Shown here: positions 51,760 to 64,000 of the stretch, one piece after another | Layout of the letters: every line of letters starts with the position of its first letter | Position numbering within the stretch: position 1 is the stretch's first letter | Assembly: GCF_001194135.2 (NCBI RefSeq) | Contig: NC_068981.1 | Coordinates: forward strand, 121,486,567-121,550,566 | Direction: 5' to 3' | Origin: Octopus bimaculoides | Lineage: Eukaryota | Length of the DNA stretch: 64,000 bases | Program-made: the position numbers and the translations under genes | Notes under the pieces: generated by a model | What the model was told of the DNA's origin: nothing | Database searches by the model: none | Seen by the model: only the letters and a program-made list of their open reading frames with translations

Positions 51760-52928
51760 TGTGTGGTCTGATCAAAAAGTATCCGGACTGTCGTCATAGT
51801 AACGACGCTAGGGCACGCAGAATGAAGCCGCTCGACATAGTTGGACCGTAACCTCTGCTGTGTAAGCGTACTAAATTTTACCATTGTAAATCCCTTCTGC
51901 TATTTACAGCAGTGCTTAGAAGAAACGTGCGTAGCGTGTGATCATCGCATTGACCATGACAGAGAAAGTTGGGCGCAAAATCAGCATCAAACTTTGCCAA
52001 AAGCTTGGGGATACCTGCTCAGAGGCCTACGTGAAGTTTCAGAAAGTGTATGGAGAGGAGGAGTGTATGAGCCGAAAAAGATCGATAGTGACGAACGTTC
52101 TGGAAGACCCGCAACCAGTAGAACTTAGAAAAACATCGCAGATGTGCATGCAGCTCTCAGGAGAAATCATCCTTGAATTATCAGAGGATGTACAGATTAG
52201 TTACGGTTCAGTTCAGTCCATAAGCACTGAAGATTCGTGTCTGCCTAGTTTGTGCCACAACTGCTTTCAGCTAACCAAAAAGACACTCGAGTTTCAGTTG
52301 CACAAGATATCCTTGATTTGTCGAGAACAATGAACACTTTTTGAAAACGGTCATTACAGGTGATGAATCGTGTGCCTATGGCTATTACCCCGAAACAAAG
52401 GTTCAGTCTTCCCAGCGAGAGACCATAGCCTCTCCGAAACCAAAACAATAGGAAGACACTGTTGGCCGTTTTCTTCGACTACAAGGGAATAGTTCATCAT
52501 GAGTATACTCCACATTGTCAAACAGTAAACAAGTAGTTTTACCGCGACACTTTGCAGTGTTTACAGGATGCTATTCGTCGGAAAAGGCCACAATTTCACG
52601 CGTTTGGTGAGTGGTGGCAATTTCACCATGACAACACACTTGCCCATTCAGCGCAGCTTGTACGTCGGTTTGTGATTAGGCACAGCATTCCCCAGTTCCA
52701 ACAGCAACTGTATTCCACAGATCTCGCCCCTTGCGACATTTTCCTCTTTCCAAATAACAAATCACGTTTGAAAGGAGGAAGATTTCAGGAGTCGAGGAAA
52801 TCAAAGTGAATGCTACGGGGCAGCTGCTGGTTATCCCAGAAAACGAGTTCAGGAAATGCTTCTATCAATGGAAACAGCGGTGGATAGAGTGTGTAATTTC
52901 CGAAGGGGAGTAATTTGAAGGAGATTAA
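51760..52928 (+). mobile_element. Near full-length mariner (DD34D), defective
   Basis: 5' terminus TA+tgtgtggtctgatcaaaaagtatccggac; ATG at 51956; DERSGRPATSRT, VITGDES, FHHDNT, YSTDLAPCD, TAA at 52926-28; no right TIR recognised. Confidence 0.9.
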
Positions 52929-52953
52929 ATGCCAAATTGGTGCATGTTTTGTG

Positions 52954-53018
<65 letters not shown>

Positions 53019-53563
53019 NNNNNNNNNNNNNNNNNNNNNNNNNNNNNNNNNNNNNNNNNNNNNNNNNNNNNNNNNNNNNNNNNNNNNNNNNNNNNNNNNN
53101 NNNNNNNNNNNNNNNNNNNNNNNNNNNNNNNNNNNNNNNNNNNNNNNNNNNNNNNNNNNNNNNNNNNNNNNNNNNNNNNNNNNNNNNNNNNNNNNNNNNN
53201 NNNNNNNNNNNNNNNNNNNNNNNNNNNNNNNNNNNNNNNNNNNNNNNNNNNNNNNNNNNNNNNNNNNNNNNNNNNNNNNNNNNNNNNNNNNNNNNNNNNN
53301 NNNNNNNNNNNNNNNNNNNNNNNNNNNNNNNNNNNNNNNNNNNNNNNNNNNNNNNNNNNNNNNNNNNNNNNNNNNNNNNNNNNNNNNNNNNNNNNNNNNN
53401 NNNNNNNNNNNNNNNNNNNNNNNNNNNNNNNNNNNNNNNNNNNNNNNNNNNNNNNNNNNNNNNNNNNNNNNNNNNNNNNNNNNNNNNNNNNNNNNNNNNN
53501 NNNNNNNNNNNNNNNNNNNNNNNNNNNNNNNNNNNNNNNNNNNNNNNNNNNNNNNNNNNNNNN

Positions 53564-53600
<37 letters not shown>

Positions 53601-53619
53601 GTGTGTGTGTATATATATA

Positions 53620-53745
53620 CAGGATGCGATGGGTAAGTTGTTGCGGTATAATATTTTAAATTTCGCCCATGCTGTCAGACAGTTTCTGCGACCAAATCAT
53701 CCCTAACATCTGGCCACCTAACTCACCAGACTATAATTGCCCATG
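53620..53745 (+). mobile_element. Internally deleted Tc1/mariner-superfamily remnant (DD37D-like)
   Basis: TA+caggatgcgatgggtaagttg terminus, then IIPNIWPPNSPD motif. Confidence 0.6.
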
Positions 53746-54869
53746 GTACTGGAGTTAAACAAGAAAAATGTCGTTTGTTTTATGGTGTTTAAATTATTAA
53801 TCATACACAATACATTTATACATATAAATGGCTCTGACACGTAATTATGCTAGACATCAAATCACTATGATAGCTACAGAGAACACAAATTCAAACACAA
53901 AACTAAACGTAGGAGAGAAAGGGAAAATGAGCATGAACACCTTGGTGAACACATAATGGAAGAAAATACCCCAATTACACAAATAAATAATTTAGTAGAC
54001 AGTAGCAGTAACTACAACAAATACTTCGTACCATAATAGTACCAGCCTGTAGTATCACACCTTAATTGTGAGATGGAGAAGAATTAATGGGGAAGAAGTT
54101 ACGAAGGAACCAATGAAATGTCGAGTTACGAAGGGATGCCGAAGAAGTAAGAAAGCGCACAAGAATGACTGGACATAATATATCTAAAGCAGATGAGAAA
54201 GGATTGTCTATTCACACAATAAAATCTTTTCTCAAGTAACAACGAAATGCATATGACGAATATTAAACTATGATTCACTATTGTTTGTAAATCAAGCGGT
54301 TAATATACAAAATTACATATATGTGGTGAAACAGCGGCGCCTAATTTATAATGACACATTAGCACTAAGATGCATAAAAAATATGAGCAACAACTAAATC
54401 ATCGATCTCAAGTAAGATTAAATGGAAGCCATTATATTGAACTCAAGTGTTTTCTTCAAGTCCAAATGTGTCGAAAAATGATGCACTCGAACACAGACTG
54501 AGAAAGGGTTAAATGAAAAGGGTCATGGGGTAGGCAGCTTAACCCAAGTCAATATATCTTCTCTTAATTCATTACATTGTGTCTTGTTTTAACAGTTGAT
54601 TTTTTTAATTGTATTTTATCGCCGGGAAAGTGTGTGTATGCCTTTCATGTCTGTATATATGCATATGTATTAGTATGTATGTGCCTCTAGGTATACATAT
54701 GTGTGTACGCATGTGTGTGTGAAGGAATATATTTGTTTAAAATTCTGACTATATCGTTCCATAAGTAGCATAACGGACAATATGCCCCCACTCCATAATT
54801 TGAGAACGTCTTTCTTTTTTTACACACGCTATATTGCCCTTCGTTTCTCCGATCTCTTGTGGCGTATTA

Positions 54870-55532
54870 TTAATTATTATTATTTCTTCGTAACACAGTA
54901 TAGTCGTCTGTCAAGTCACAACAAGGACCTCAGACAGATAATACTTTCCTTAAGATGTGCACTGTACCCAATAAGGCTGCTTCTTGCAAGACATGAATCT
55001 TGCATGAGATTTCCAGTTCCCTTAAGAAGTTTTGAAGTTTCAATGGGATTAAGCCTAACGCTCCGATCACCATTGGTATCACTTTTACATTATCCTCTCG
55101 CATTCCAAACAATCTTGCCATTTCCACTTTCAATTCGGAGTACTTGGTGATTTTTCAATCTCTTTACTCACAACAGTCATGTCACGTGGTATGGCTACAT
55201 CAATGGTCTGAAAGTAATTGTCTCTCTTATTCAATATGACAATATCTGGCCGATGGTGTTCGATTATACGATCCGTCTGAAAATCATAGTCCCAGAGTAT
55301 CGTTATGCATAACTTTATTTGGCACATTCTCATACCAGTTCTCTGTAACTTCATATTGGTATTTATGGCATAAGACCCAATGAAGATACACACACCTTAT
55401 CGTGGCGGTGTTTGCATCCTTTTTGTGCAAGGCTTTCACATCCACTCACCAAGTGGGTCACATTTTCCACACTCCACAGAGTCTATATTTCTGGATGTCA
55501 GAAGTTTTATAGATGTTATACTTCACTGAATT
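54870..55532 (-). mobile_element. 3' end of an R4/Dong-like LINE (RLE domain, 3' UTR, TAA-rich tail)
   Basis: ILWDYDFQTDRIIEHHRPDIVI..IDVAIP..KEIEK, VIPMVIGALG, AALLGTVHILRKVL; closely similar to 24290-24600. Confidence 0.92.
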
Positions 55533-56125
55533 AGTGAATCACAGAAGGAAATGCGATCTAAAAGGTTCTTCTCAGTCAACTCCTGTGGTACCCAAACATC
55601 GTAGCGATTTGTGTACCCAAGTTTTACCAGGTGCTCACGAACGACGGATTTTGATAGGTTGAGGCTTCCTGCCAATTTTCGGGTGGTGCAATGTGGGTTA
55701 TTCTCAATTAATGACATGATTTGGTCATCATCTGTAGTGGATGGTCTGCCTGATCGCTCTTTATCAATAAGATTACAATCTCCAGCTCGGAACATTGCGA
55801 ACCACTTTCGTACAGTTCTTTCGGGTAAAGAAACCTCACAGTAAACTGCGCATATTTCTTTGGTTGCTTGTGAGGCATTTTTCCCCTTTACAGAAAAAGA
55901 AAAGCATCAAGTGCCGAAAATGAACTTTCTTATGTTCCATTTTAAAGGGTTACAGAATTAACACAAGTTATAGGAACATAAACCTTCTTCCACGAAAAAC
56001 ATAGCTTAAACTGTGCTCTAAATGGAGGTGTAGTCAAATCCTATTTTATGGACTCAACTATGTTCTAAAATAAGTCGAAAGTTAAGCTAGTATAAATCGG
56101 CATGAACTTACCGGACAACCCAATA
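55533..56125 (-). mobile_element. Mariner 5' half, mellifera-like
   Basis: Terminus tattgggttgtccggtaag at 56125; ATG at 55940 (MEHKKVHFRHLMLF), ERSGRPSTTDDDQI, VWVPQELT; ends at 55533. Confidence 0.88.
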
Positions 56126-56600
56126 TATACAGAAGTAGATAGTGAGTGAGTGACCGATAGGTAGATACATACATGCATACACACACACACGCAGACATAC
56201 ACATGCATACATACATATACACACATCCATGTATACATACATACATACATACAAACATACATACACACATACATACATACATACATACATACATACATAC
56301 ATACAGATACCTCTTCGCTCCAAAGAACAGATGAAGTGAAAGTGCAAACTTAACACTTTCAGGACAGGATTCAAGATTTAAGTTCAGCAATGATGAAATT
56401 GCATCGCTTCCAATGTATAATATGCTTGGTGACATCTTCGTTTTGTGAAATATTTTTTCTCCACCAAAATGCACTATTCGAATGTTCTAATTGGATTGAT
56501 AAAAAATATATCTCTTTTGCAACACTTACGATACATATTTGAATGTATGTTATATACATACAGACTATGTACATACAACCCACATACATTCCACTATGTA

Positions 56601-56646
<46 letters not shown>

Positions 56647-56737
56647 NNNNNNNNNNNNNNNNNNNNNNNNNNNNNNNNNNNNNNNNNNNNNNNNNNNNNN
56701 NNNNNNNNNNNNNNNNNNNNNNNNNNNNNNNNNNNNN

Positions 56738-56799
<62 letters not shown>

Positions 56800-58786
56800 T
56801 TGAACTGTGATTGTGTCTTTGTCACCAGTGAATGCTGTATATACATTTTAATGTTTACTTTACGAGCAGATCGTTCTGGTTTCTGTACTAGTTGTTAAAG
56901 TTAACTGCTGCACCAATCTCATAGGTCTGTGTGTCTTTGACTTTTATTTTCTCTTTCTTGCAGTTCATATATTTCTTATATATTTTGTCTTTGTTTATCC
57001 ATTGTCAATAGCTTGCCAGATATTTTGAAGTTCCTCGTTTTCACAAAGCTTATGAAGCAAATAACTTAGTAATAATCAGGAACTTGTCTGATATAGTTCG
57101 CAGTACTTTCATGTTTTATATTTATTATTTTATTCATTAGTTTTTGTTTTGTTTTTTGTTTTTGTTTTTTGTCTCTACTGCCATTGTCATTTCTGGATCT
57201 GTTCTGTAATTGTTGAATGGTACATATTTGTCCTCTTATTAAGCATTGTTTCTCATCGTCATTACTGAATACAATGTATGAGCAACACTGTCAGGCACCT
57301 TTTTTGATAGCCATGTGCATACTAAATACATGAACCCAATTTCGCTAAAGATCATATACTATCATTAGAAACTGGAAGAGAATATTCAGTGATGAAGAAT
57401 GAAAAACACATATCAAGAAAGAACATAAATTAACACTAGCTTGTCTTCCCGAGATAAAATTGAAGAAAATCAGTCCTTATTGTGAGAAGCTCATATCATT
57501 CAGTAATACCAAAAACAAAAAAGAAGTAAATAGATAAAGAGAGAGCTAGAGCGAGAAACGGGGTGAAGAAAAAATTCTCTCAGAAGTACTTACATATCAC
57601 TTAACGTTTTATAATGTTACATATTTTAAATGGTCTTGCTCTCAAAGTATATTAAATTATAATAACTAAAGCTGTTAAACCTCTCGTAAGTGTGATGCAG
57701 CCCACCCCATATGTGGGTTCGATCCCCAATACATTTTGAATCCACTATTTTTCAGTTAGTGAAAGAACTAAAGAAAAAACGATTTTAGTAGCTGTTGCGG
57801 TTTGCTCCAACATTGTTAGGGTTGGCTAAGTTCTCAACCGAGTAAGGACTCTTTGAGCGGTGCACTCTACATATTTACAATTAAATAGCACATAGTGAAC
57901 ACATCCCTTGTGCAAATTTCATTTTCATTTAGCTTAGCTTGTAATTCCACGGTCAAAGTACAGTGAGTATCTTATGTATCAATGAGCTCTCTCTCGGCAC
58001 CATCAACACCCACATTTACATACACACATCGAGTCATATATTTAAGTATGTTAATTAATTCATTCGTTTGAAATGCAAGTGTGTCGGTAATGAGAGGATG
58101 CAATATTACACATTTGAATTACGTAATGTCAGCTTTAATATAACTATATTCTAGGATTGATTGATCGCAACCTGCAAATACTTCAGACAAAATAAAAGGG
58201 TGATCTGACATGTTTACTTTGCAGAAAGCCATTAGTGATAACGATAAGAACAGAAAAGGAATTCAACAGATATTGCATGAGTTTATAGCAAACTACTTCG
58301 CTCACACTTAAATGAATAAGAATGTATTCGAATCTGTATCGAAATGCGATCAGATAGCCATAGAGTTATTTGGGATATACATATATATATATATATANNN
58401 NNNNNNNNNNNNNNNNNNNNNNNNNNNNNNNNNNNNNNNNNNNNNNNNNNNNNNNNNNNNNNNNNNNNNNNNNNNNNNNNNNNNNNNNNNNNNNNNNNNN
58501 NNNNNNNNNNNNNNNNNNNNNNNNNNNNNNNNNNNNNNNNNNNNNNNNNNNNNNNNNNNNNNNNNNNNNNNNNNNNNNNNNNNNNNNNNNNNNNNNNNNN
58601 NNNNNNNNNNNNNNNNNNNNNNNNNNNNNNNNNNNNNNNNNNNNNNNNNNNNNNNNNNNNNNNNNNNNNNNNNNNNNNNNNNNNNNNNNNNNNNNNNNNN
58701 NNNNNNNNNNNNNNNNNNNNNNNNNNNNNNNNNNNNNNNNNNNNNNNNNNNNNNNNNNNNNNNNNNNNNNNNNNNNNNNNNNNNNN

Positions 58787-58844
<58 letters not shown>

Positions 58845-59569
58845 ATGTATATATGTATGTATGTATGTATGTATGCATGTATGCATGTATGCATGTATGT
58901 ATGTGTGTATATATATGTGTGTGTGTGTATTTGTATATAGATGTATAAATTTATGTGCATATACATTACTGTGGGGCATGCATGGTGATGTGGTGCTTGT
59001 GTGGGGTTTGCATGTGGGTGGGGATATGTGCGTGTAAGAATATATTTATACACGTGATCAAGTTCGAGCTTATTTTAAGGATGAAAGTTGGGAGAGCGAT
59101 GAAGTGAAGGTAAAACGGTCTCTTTAAGCAGACATTATAAAATTGGTTTTAAATGAAAACTTTAACCAAAATCTTCAGAAAAAAATTAACTTTGTTTTTG
59201 ACAATGATGTATATATTATTTTCCACAAGCATCTAATAACATTTTAATGAAGACTAGTGTGAGGAAATACAGTCAAATCTATACAGAAAAAGTGGTCTTC
59301 CATTTGTATTGTCTTATTATATTGCCGTCAAACATAACATTATTGTTATCTTTTTAAATGACTGTCTGCTGAAAGTAGTTGAGGCATATTAAATGGTTAT
59401 GTCATGAATTGTGTCCAATATAATATATACAGTATGCGTCCAATTACACTAGTAATATTTAAACTAAAAGCGTTTTACATAACTGTCATTTAGAAAAGAA
59501 ATATTTCTCTTTCAGTTAAGAAGAGGTACTTACAGCTATGTTTGACGGAGCTGCTGTAGCTAGCAAATT

Positions 59570-59710
59570 ATTGATTTCAAATATTGGCACAAGGCCAGAA
59601 ATTTTGAGGGAAGGTATAAGTCGATTTAATTGAGCCCAGTGTTCAACTGGTACTTATTTTGTCGACACCGAAACGATGAAAGGCAAAATCTACCTCGGCG
59701 GAAATTGAAT
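59570..59710 (-). mobile_element. SINE family A, 3' part
   Basis: ttggcacaaggccagaaattttgaggg..ctggtacttattttgtcgacaccgaaacgatgaaaggc. Confidence 0.8.
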
Positions 59711-61671
59711 ATAACAACATCATTAGCTATATATGGCAAAGATAGCTGGGACAATATTGCCGATAAAGTGATACGGTCTTCACACTTATATCCATCCATT
59801 TATTTAAACCCTTTAGATTATATACAAAAATCAAGTATTAGACTATATTATGACATAAGAATTGAAAATTCATTTAGGGATGAATTTATATCACATGATA
59901 TATCTCCAGCTCCGATATTCATACCATTTTGAATTCATCACGGTATATTGTGAATATGACAGCAAGTTTGTTAGATGAAAGCTGGTTTAGTGCAAAACAA
60001 AACGAAAAAGAAATGAAAACTAGAAAACTAGACCAGAACATTGAGATAGTTGTTTCTGGATATTTGAATTTTAGAGGGGCCAGAAGAGAAAATAACGACA
60101 ATAATGTTCTGACATTCATAATGGAAAATTTTGTAAGAAATGCGAAAAAATACCTGCACTCAATTCAATCGCAAACAATCGCAAAGTATGTTCAGCATAA
60201 AAATATAAGCAAAAAGTAAATAAAAAATGATTAGCAGCAATTTTAAACAACGAATGTCAAATCTGAAATTGTTAGGTGTACCATAATCAACAATAAAAGA
60301 ATGCCAAGTAGAACCGAAACAAAATAAATAAAAACAGAAATATAAATATAACAAGTAATAAAGACATAAACACATTGAAACCGACGCATCTATTTAATAT
60401 AGGTAAATCCTAAAACGAAAGTAAAATGTAACTGACATACCATATTGAAGAACCAGAAAAGAAAAGCATGCTCTGTTGTGGAGCTACGAACATAAATTTG
60501 CTTTCATGCAAATATTGATCGTGTGTCTTCGTGTGTTCGGTCTTTACATACATATAGTCATTTGTCCTTTTTAGTAAATCTGCATCAGTATAAATATTTA
60601 TTAAGATCCAATAGAATATCCTCCATGTATTAAATGTCTAGCTCCCTATGAATTAAGATGTTCTGTTTCCATGTGTTTATCTTAGCAGATGGCATTATCT
60701 GCTGTCAAATTACTGACTCCACGGGTCATCGCCCAAACAGGTATTGCTTATACGGTAGTGTCAATTATTTTCCTCCACGGTTCAGATGATACTACTCAAG
60801 GTATAAGAGAATGGTCCTAAATAGTTTTAGGATACGAGCTGGCATTTCCTCATATTCGAGTTGTGTATCCTACAGCTTCTGCCAGGCTCTACACCCCTAC
60901 GATGGAACATCAGAGTATATAATAGTTCAATCGTCAGAAGATCAGTCAAATTATAGAAGACGAATCCGTTACTCCAGTTTGTGACAAGATCTCCGAACTA
61001 ACTGACCATAAGGTAAAATACGGTACACCTTTCAACAGGATGAGGATTGGTGGATTTTCCATTAGAGGTTTTCATTATAAATTGTTAAAGTTTAATGCAA
61101 TAATATTTATATTAAATATTTACACGGTTATGGACTATCCATTAATGGCTGGACAACAATTATGAATTACTTCCGTATATTTATCGAAACAATTATAAAA
61201 ATGTATTTAAAAATTCTCAGCTGAATCACGCTGTTAGTAACCTTACTATTAGTAACATTACTTACACAAAAACAAAAGTAAACAAATATATGCACGAAAA
61301 ACAAGCACTAGAATTTCACATAAAGAAAAACATTCATAGATACACACATGCACATACAAATATACACACACATAAGCATACATGTATATGCGTGTATAAT
61401 TATGCATGTATGTATATCATTGTTCAGCTTTATTTCAAAATTTACTGCCAATAGAGAAAGATCCGGTTTCTAACTTAGTTTCAAGGCTCCTTCATTGGAA
61501 TTTCAACGTCAACAACACGTTATTTTTGTATGTATGTATGTATGTATGTATGTATGTATGCGTGTGTGTGTATGTATGTATGTACGTATGCATACGTGAA
61601 GAATTTTATGTTTTGATTTCTGTATGTATTCTCATGCATATAGTTGCATACTTAGACAGGCTCATATATAT

Positions 61672-62160
61672 TTAAATGATGAACTTCAGTAAAGTTTTAC
61701 AGAATATTACAGTTCCAGTAATGGGTTGGATCTGTAGTCTTGGAATTAACCTTTTCCTTTCTGGTTTTGAGAAGCTTAATTTCTCAAGATCGGTATTTAG
61801 GCAGTGTGTTACGTATCCCAGGGCCCCAATACTTACAAGTATAAATCTGGATAGAGTAACCGCAGATTTCTCAATAACTCAGAGTAGATATTCTCCTTTT
61901 CACTGATCTTCAACTTTATGTTAACATCTGCTGGGCAGCTAATTTCCACAACTGTGCACAGTTTCTCTTCCCTATCCCAAATCATTATATCAGGTCTGTT
62001 GTGCTTACATTTTATTGAGGTCTTCACTGGGACATTCCACCTGTACTCCTTTTTACTGTGGGTTTTATTTCTTTGTTCTCAAGGTTATCCTGCCTATGGA
62101 TTTCATTATACAGTGTACCAGCTACAACATCATGTCTCACCATGGTGACATTTTAGGACA
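61672..62160 (-). mobile_element. 3' end of a second RLE LINE subfamily
   Basis: KHNRPDIMIWD..CTVVEISCPAD..EKENIYSEL, IGALGYVT, GTVIFCKT. Confidence 0.85.
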
Positions 62161-63211
62161 ACTGCTTGTGATGTGGGTGATAATATATGTATGTATGTAT
62201 GAATGTACGCATGTGAGTGTGTATGTATGTACATAGTGCGTATGTATGTGTGTGTGCATGTATACAACTATGTATGAATGGATGAATAAATGGATGTGTC
62301 TATGTATGTGCAAACATTAGAATAAGGCTAATAACTTTAAGCAGTATTTCTATGTGTACGAATACGGGGATATATTCTATGCCAGTTTCGATCATAACCA
62401 TTTATTCCGCTGGTCATCCGCTATTTGTGTATGAATATGTGTGTATGCCTGTATGTATGTATGTATGTGTGTATGTATGTATGGATGGATGGATGGATGG
62501 ATGGATGGATATTTAGTCACACCTGAACAAGAGAAACAACCGTCTTCAGAAACCAGAAGGAATATAATATTCTATACGTTAAGCAAGGCTACACCACACT
62601 ACCTATTTTCAAGGATGTATACTTACGGACACAAATATACACACGCATTCATATACAAGTGTGCATGATCAAATATGCATAAAGGATATCAATCTTTAAA
62701 CACGTTATAGCTATATCTTATCTGCTATTACTCAATTTTAAATCGTCATAACTCAAATTTGTTTTCATATCTGCATTGAGAAATTAACGCTTATTTCATG
62801 ATTCCTTGTCCTAACTTTTTAAAAAGACAGAATATTTCGGGAAGGTATATCAGGTATCTATGGATATATTTATATACACGGAATTGGTTTTCATTACAGT
62901 TTAATATCTACTGATATTTTAATCTCATTTTTTTCTGTTTTATTCTCCGGCGCAATTTATGTATTTCCTTTTATTTGTATCTAATGGAATAGTTGGCTGT
63001 GTTTGGGATAGAAGTCTACCGTTGACCCAAATTAACTTTCTTTCCATATACCAATGCTTTAGTAAGTCATTACGGAGCGGGACAAGATGTAATACTATTT
63101 CTATTGCGATGCGTATGCAGATTGGCCTTAACTTTTACATGCGATTTCTTATAATGATTTTGGGTATAGAAGTGGCGGTAAATTTAGTATAGAGTTATAA
63201 CTAACACTTGT

Positions 63212-63480
63212 GGAGGCGCAATGGTCCAGTGGTTAAGTCAGCGGACTCGCGGTCGGCGTCGTGAGTGTTTATTGAGCGAAAACACCTAAAGCTCCACGAG
63301 GTTCCGGCAGGGGGTGGTGGCGATCCCTGTTGTACTCTTTCGCCCCAACTCTCTCTCAATCTTTCTTACTCTTTCTTGAGTAACGCTGCGATGGACTGGC
63401 GTCCCGTCTAGCTGGGGGGAATACATACCCCATAGAAACCGGGCAACCGCGCCCATGAACCTGGCTAGGCTTTGAAAGAG
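63212..63480 (+). mobile_element. tRNA-headed SINE family D
   Basis: ggaggcgcaatggtccagtggttaagtcagcggactcgcggtcg (A-box-like head; no B box seen in this copy), GC-rich body gtgagtgtttattgagcgaaaacacctaaagctccacgagg. Confidence 0.75.
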
Positions 63481-64000
63481 TGACGTTTATCGTTTTTATA
63501 ACTGACCCTTACTTGACAGCGACATCTATGCATGTTCATTACGTTGTGGCCGAATCGAACGTACATATGTGATCGCTGTTGATTTACACCACCGAAGAAC
63601 GTCTCATTATTTTAGTTCACGTGTGTTCATAACATGTGTGATGCATCGGTTCACTGATGTAAGAGGACTCCGAGACACTGCGTCGTTTCGGTTTCGTTGA
63701 GTTTCTCTTCATTCGAATCTACTTCACGTTGGGACAGATGAATCTCAAAATACCATGAGCTCTTATTTATAAGGAGGATTAGCCTAAAACTATTTGCTGA
63801 TACCTAGATATGTCTGCCAAAGTGTTACGGGGGTAAACCGATGAATCATGTGTGCTAGGAAGACATCCCTGAACGCTGCACGCGTTCTGTAATGGCGAAA
63901 AACAAGAACAATTAGATATTCACGTTCGAATCTCTGTATTGAGAATTCCTAGATACGTCATTGCTTGGATTGTCACGTATATATATATATATATATATAT

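Noticed and set aside
60420-61070. RTE-type APE endonuclease remnant on the minus strand
   Set aside because: Putative PVS and QxYAPT-like motifs are about 200 nt apart rather than about 65; alignment not credible.
62520-62562. HHR-like cctgaacaagaga..tcttcagaaaccagaagg; also 63670-63715 and 18290-18350 on the minus strand
   Set aside because: Too many core substitutions to call by eye; they might be very old pseudo-LTR remnants.
63212-63290. tRNA genes at SINE heads (also 24121 and 43625)
   Set aside because: No complete cloverleaf; each continues into a repeated SINE body.

Overview
AT-rich, repeat-dominated animal genomic DNA with about 27 assembly gaps, most flanked by (TA)n or other microsatellites. 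The SINE families, R4/Dong-type LINE load and microsatellite density point to a coleoid cephalopod, probably Octopus (inference from repeat content, not a database result). No intact protein-coding gene, rRNA, tRNA or CRISPR array is supported. Most of the window is decayed mobile DNA: four mariner copies or derivatives, Tc1-like remnants, a 2,979-bp hAT-superfamily element with long TIRs and an 8-bp TSD, about seven RLE-type LINE fragments, Penelope-like (PLE) RT/GIY-YIG remnants and four SINE families. The most interesting signal, which the ORF track cannot show, is a set of minimal type I hammerhead ribozyme (HHR) motifs from several repeat families. One looks fully intact (7850-7908), two are near-intact (15873-15958 and 34875-34919, both minus strand) and several are decayed. 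They sit in short direct or inverted repeat units with no adjacent ORF, consistent with non-autonomous PLE pseudo-LTR or retrozyme-like elements. Also notable are a 633-bp spacerless palindrome, a head-to-head SINE pair and a few phase-compatible candidate exons of an unidentified host gene. All structures were read by eye; none was folded or searched computationally.
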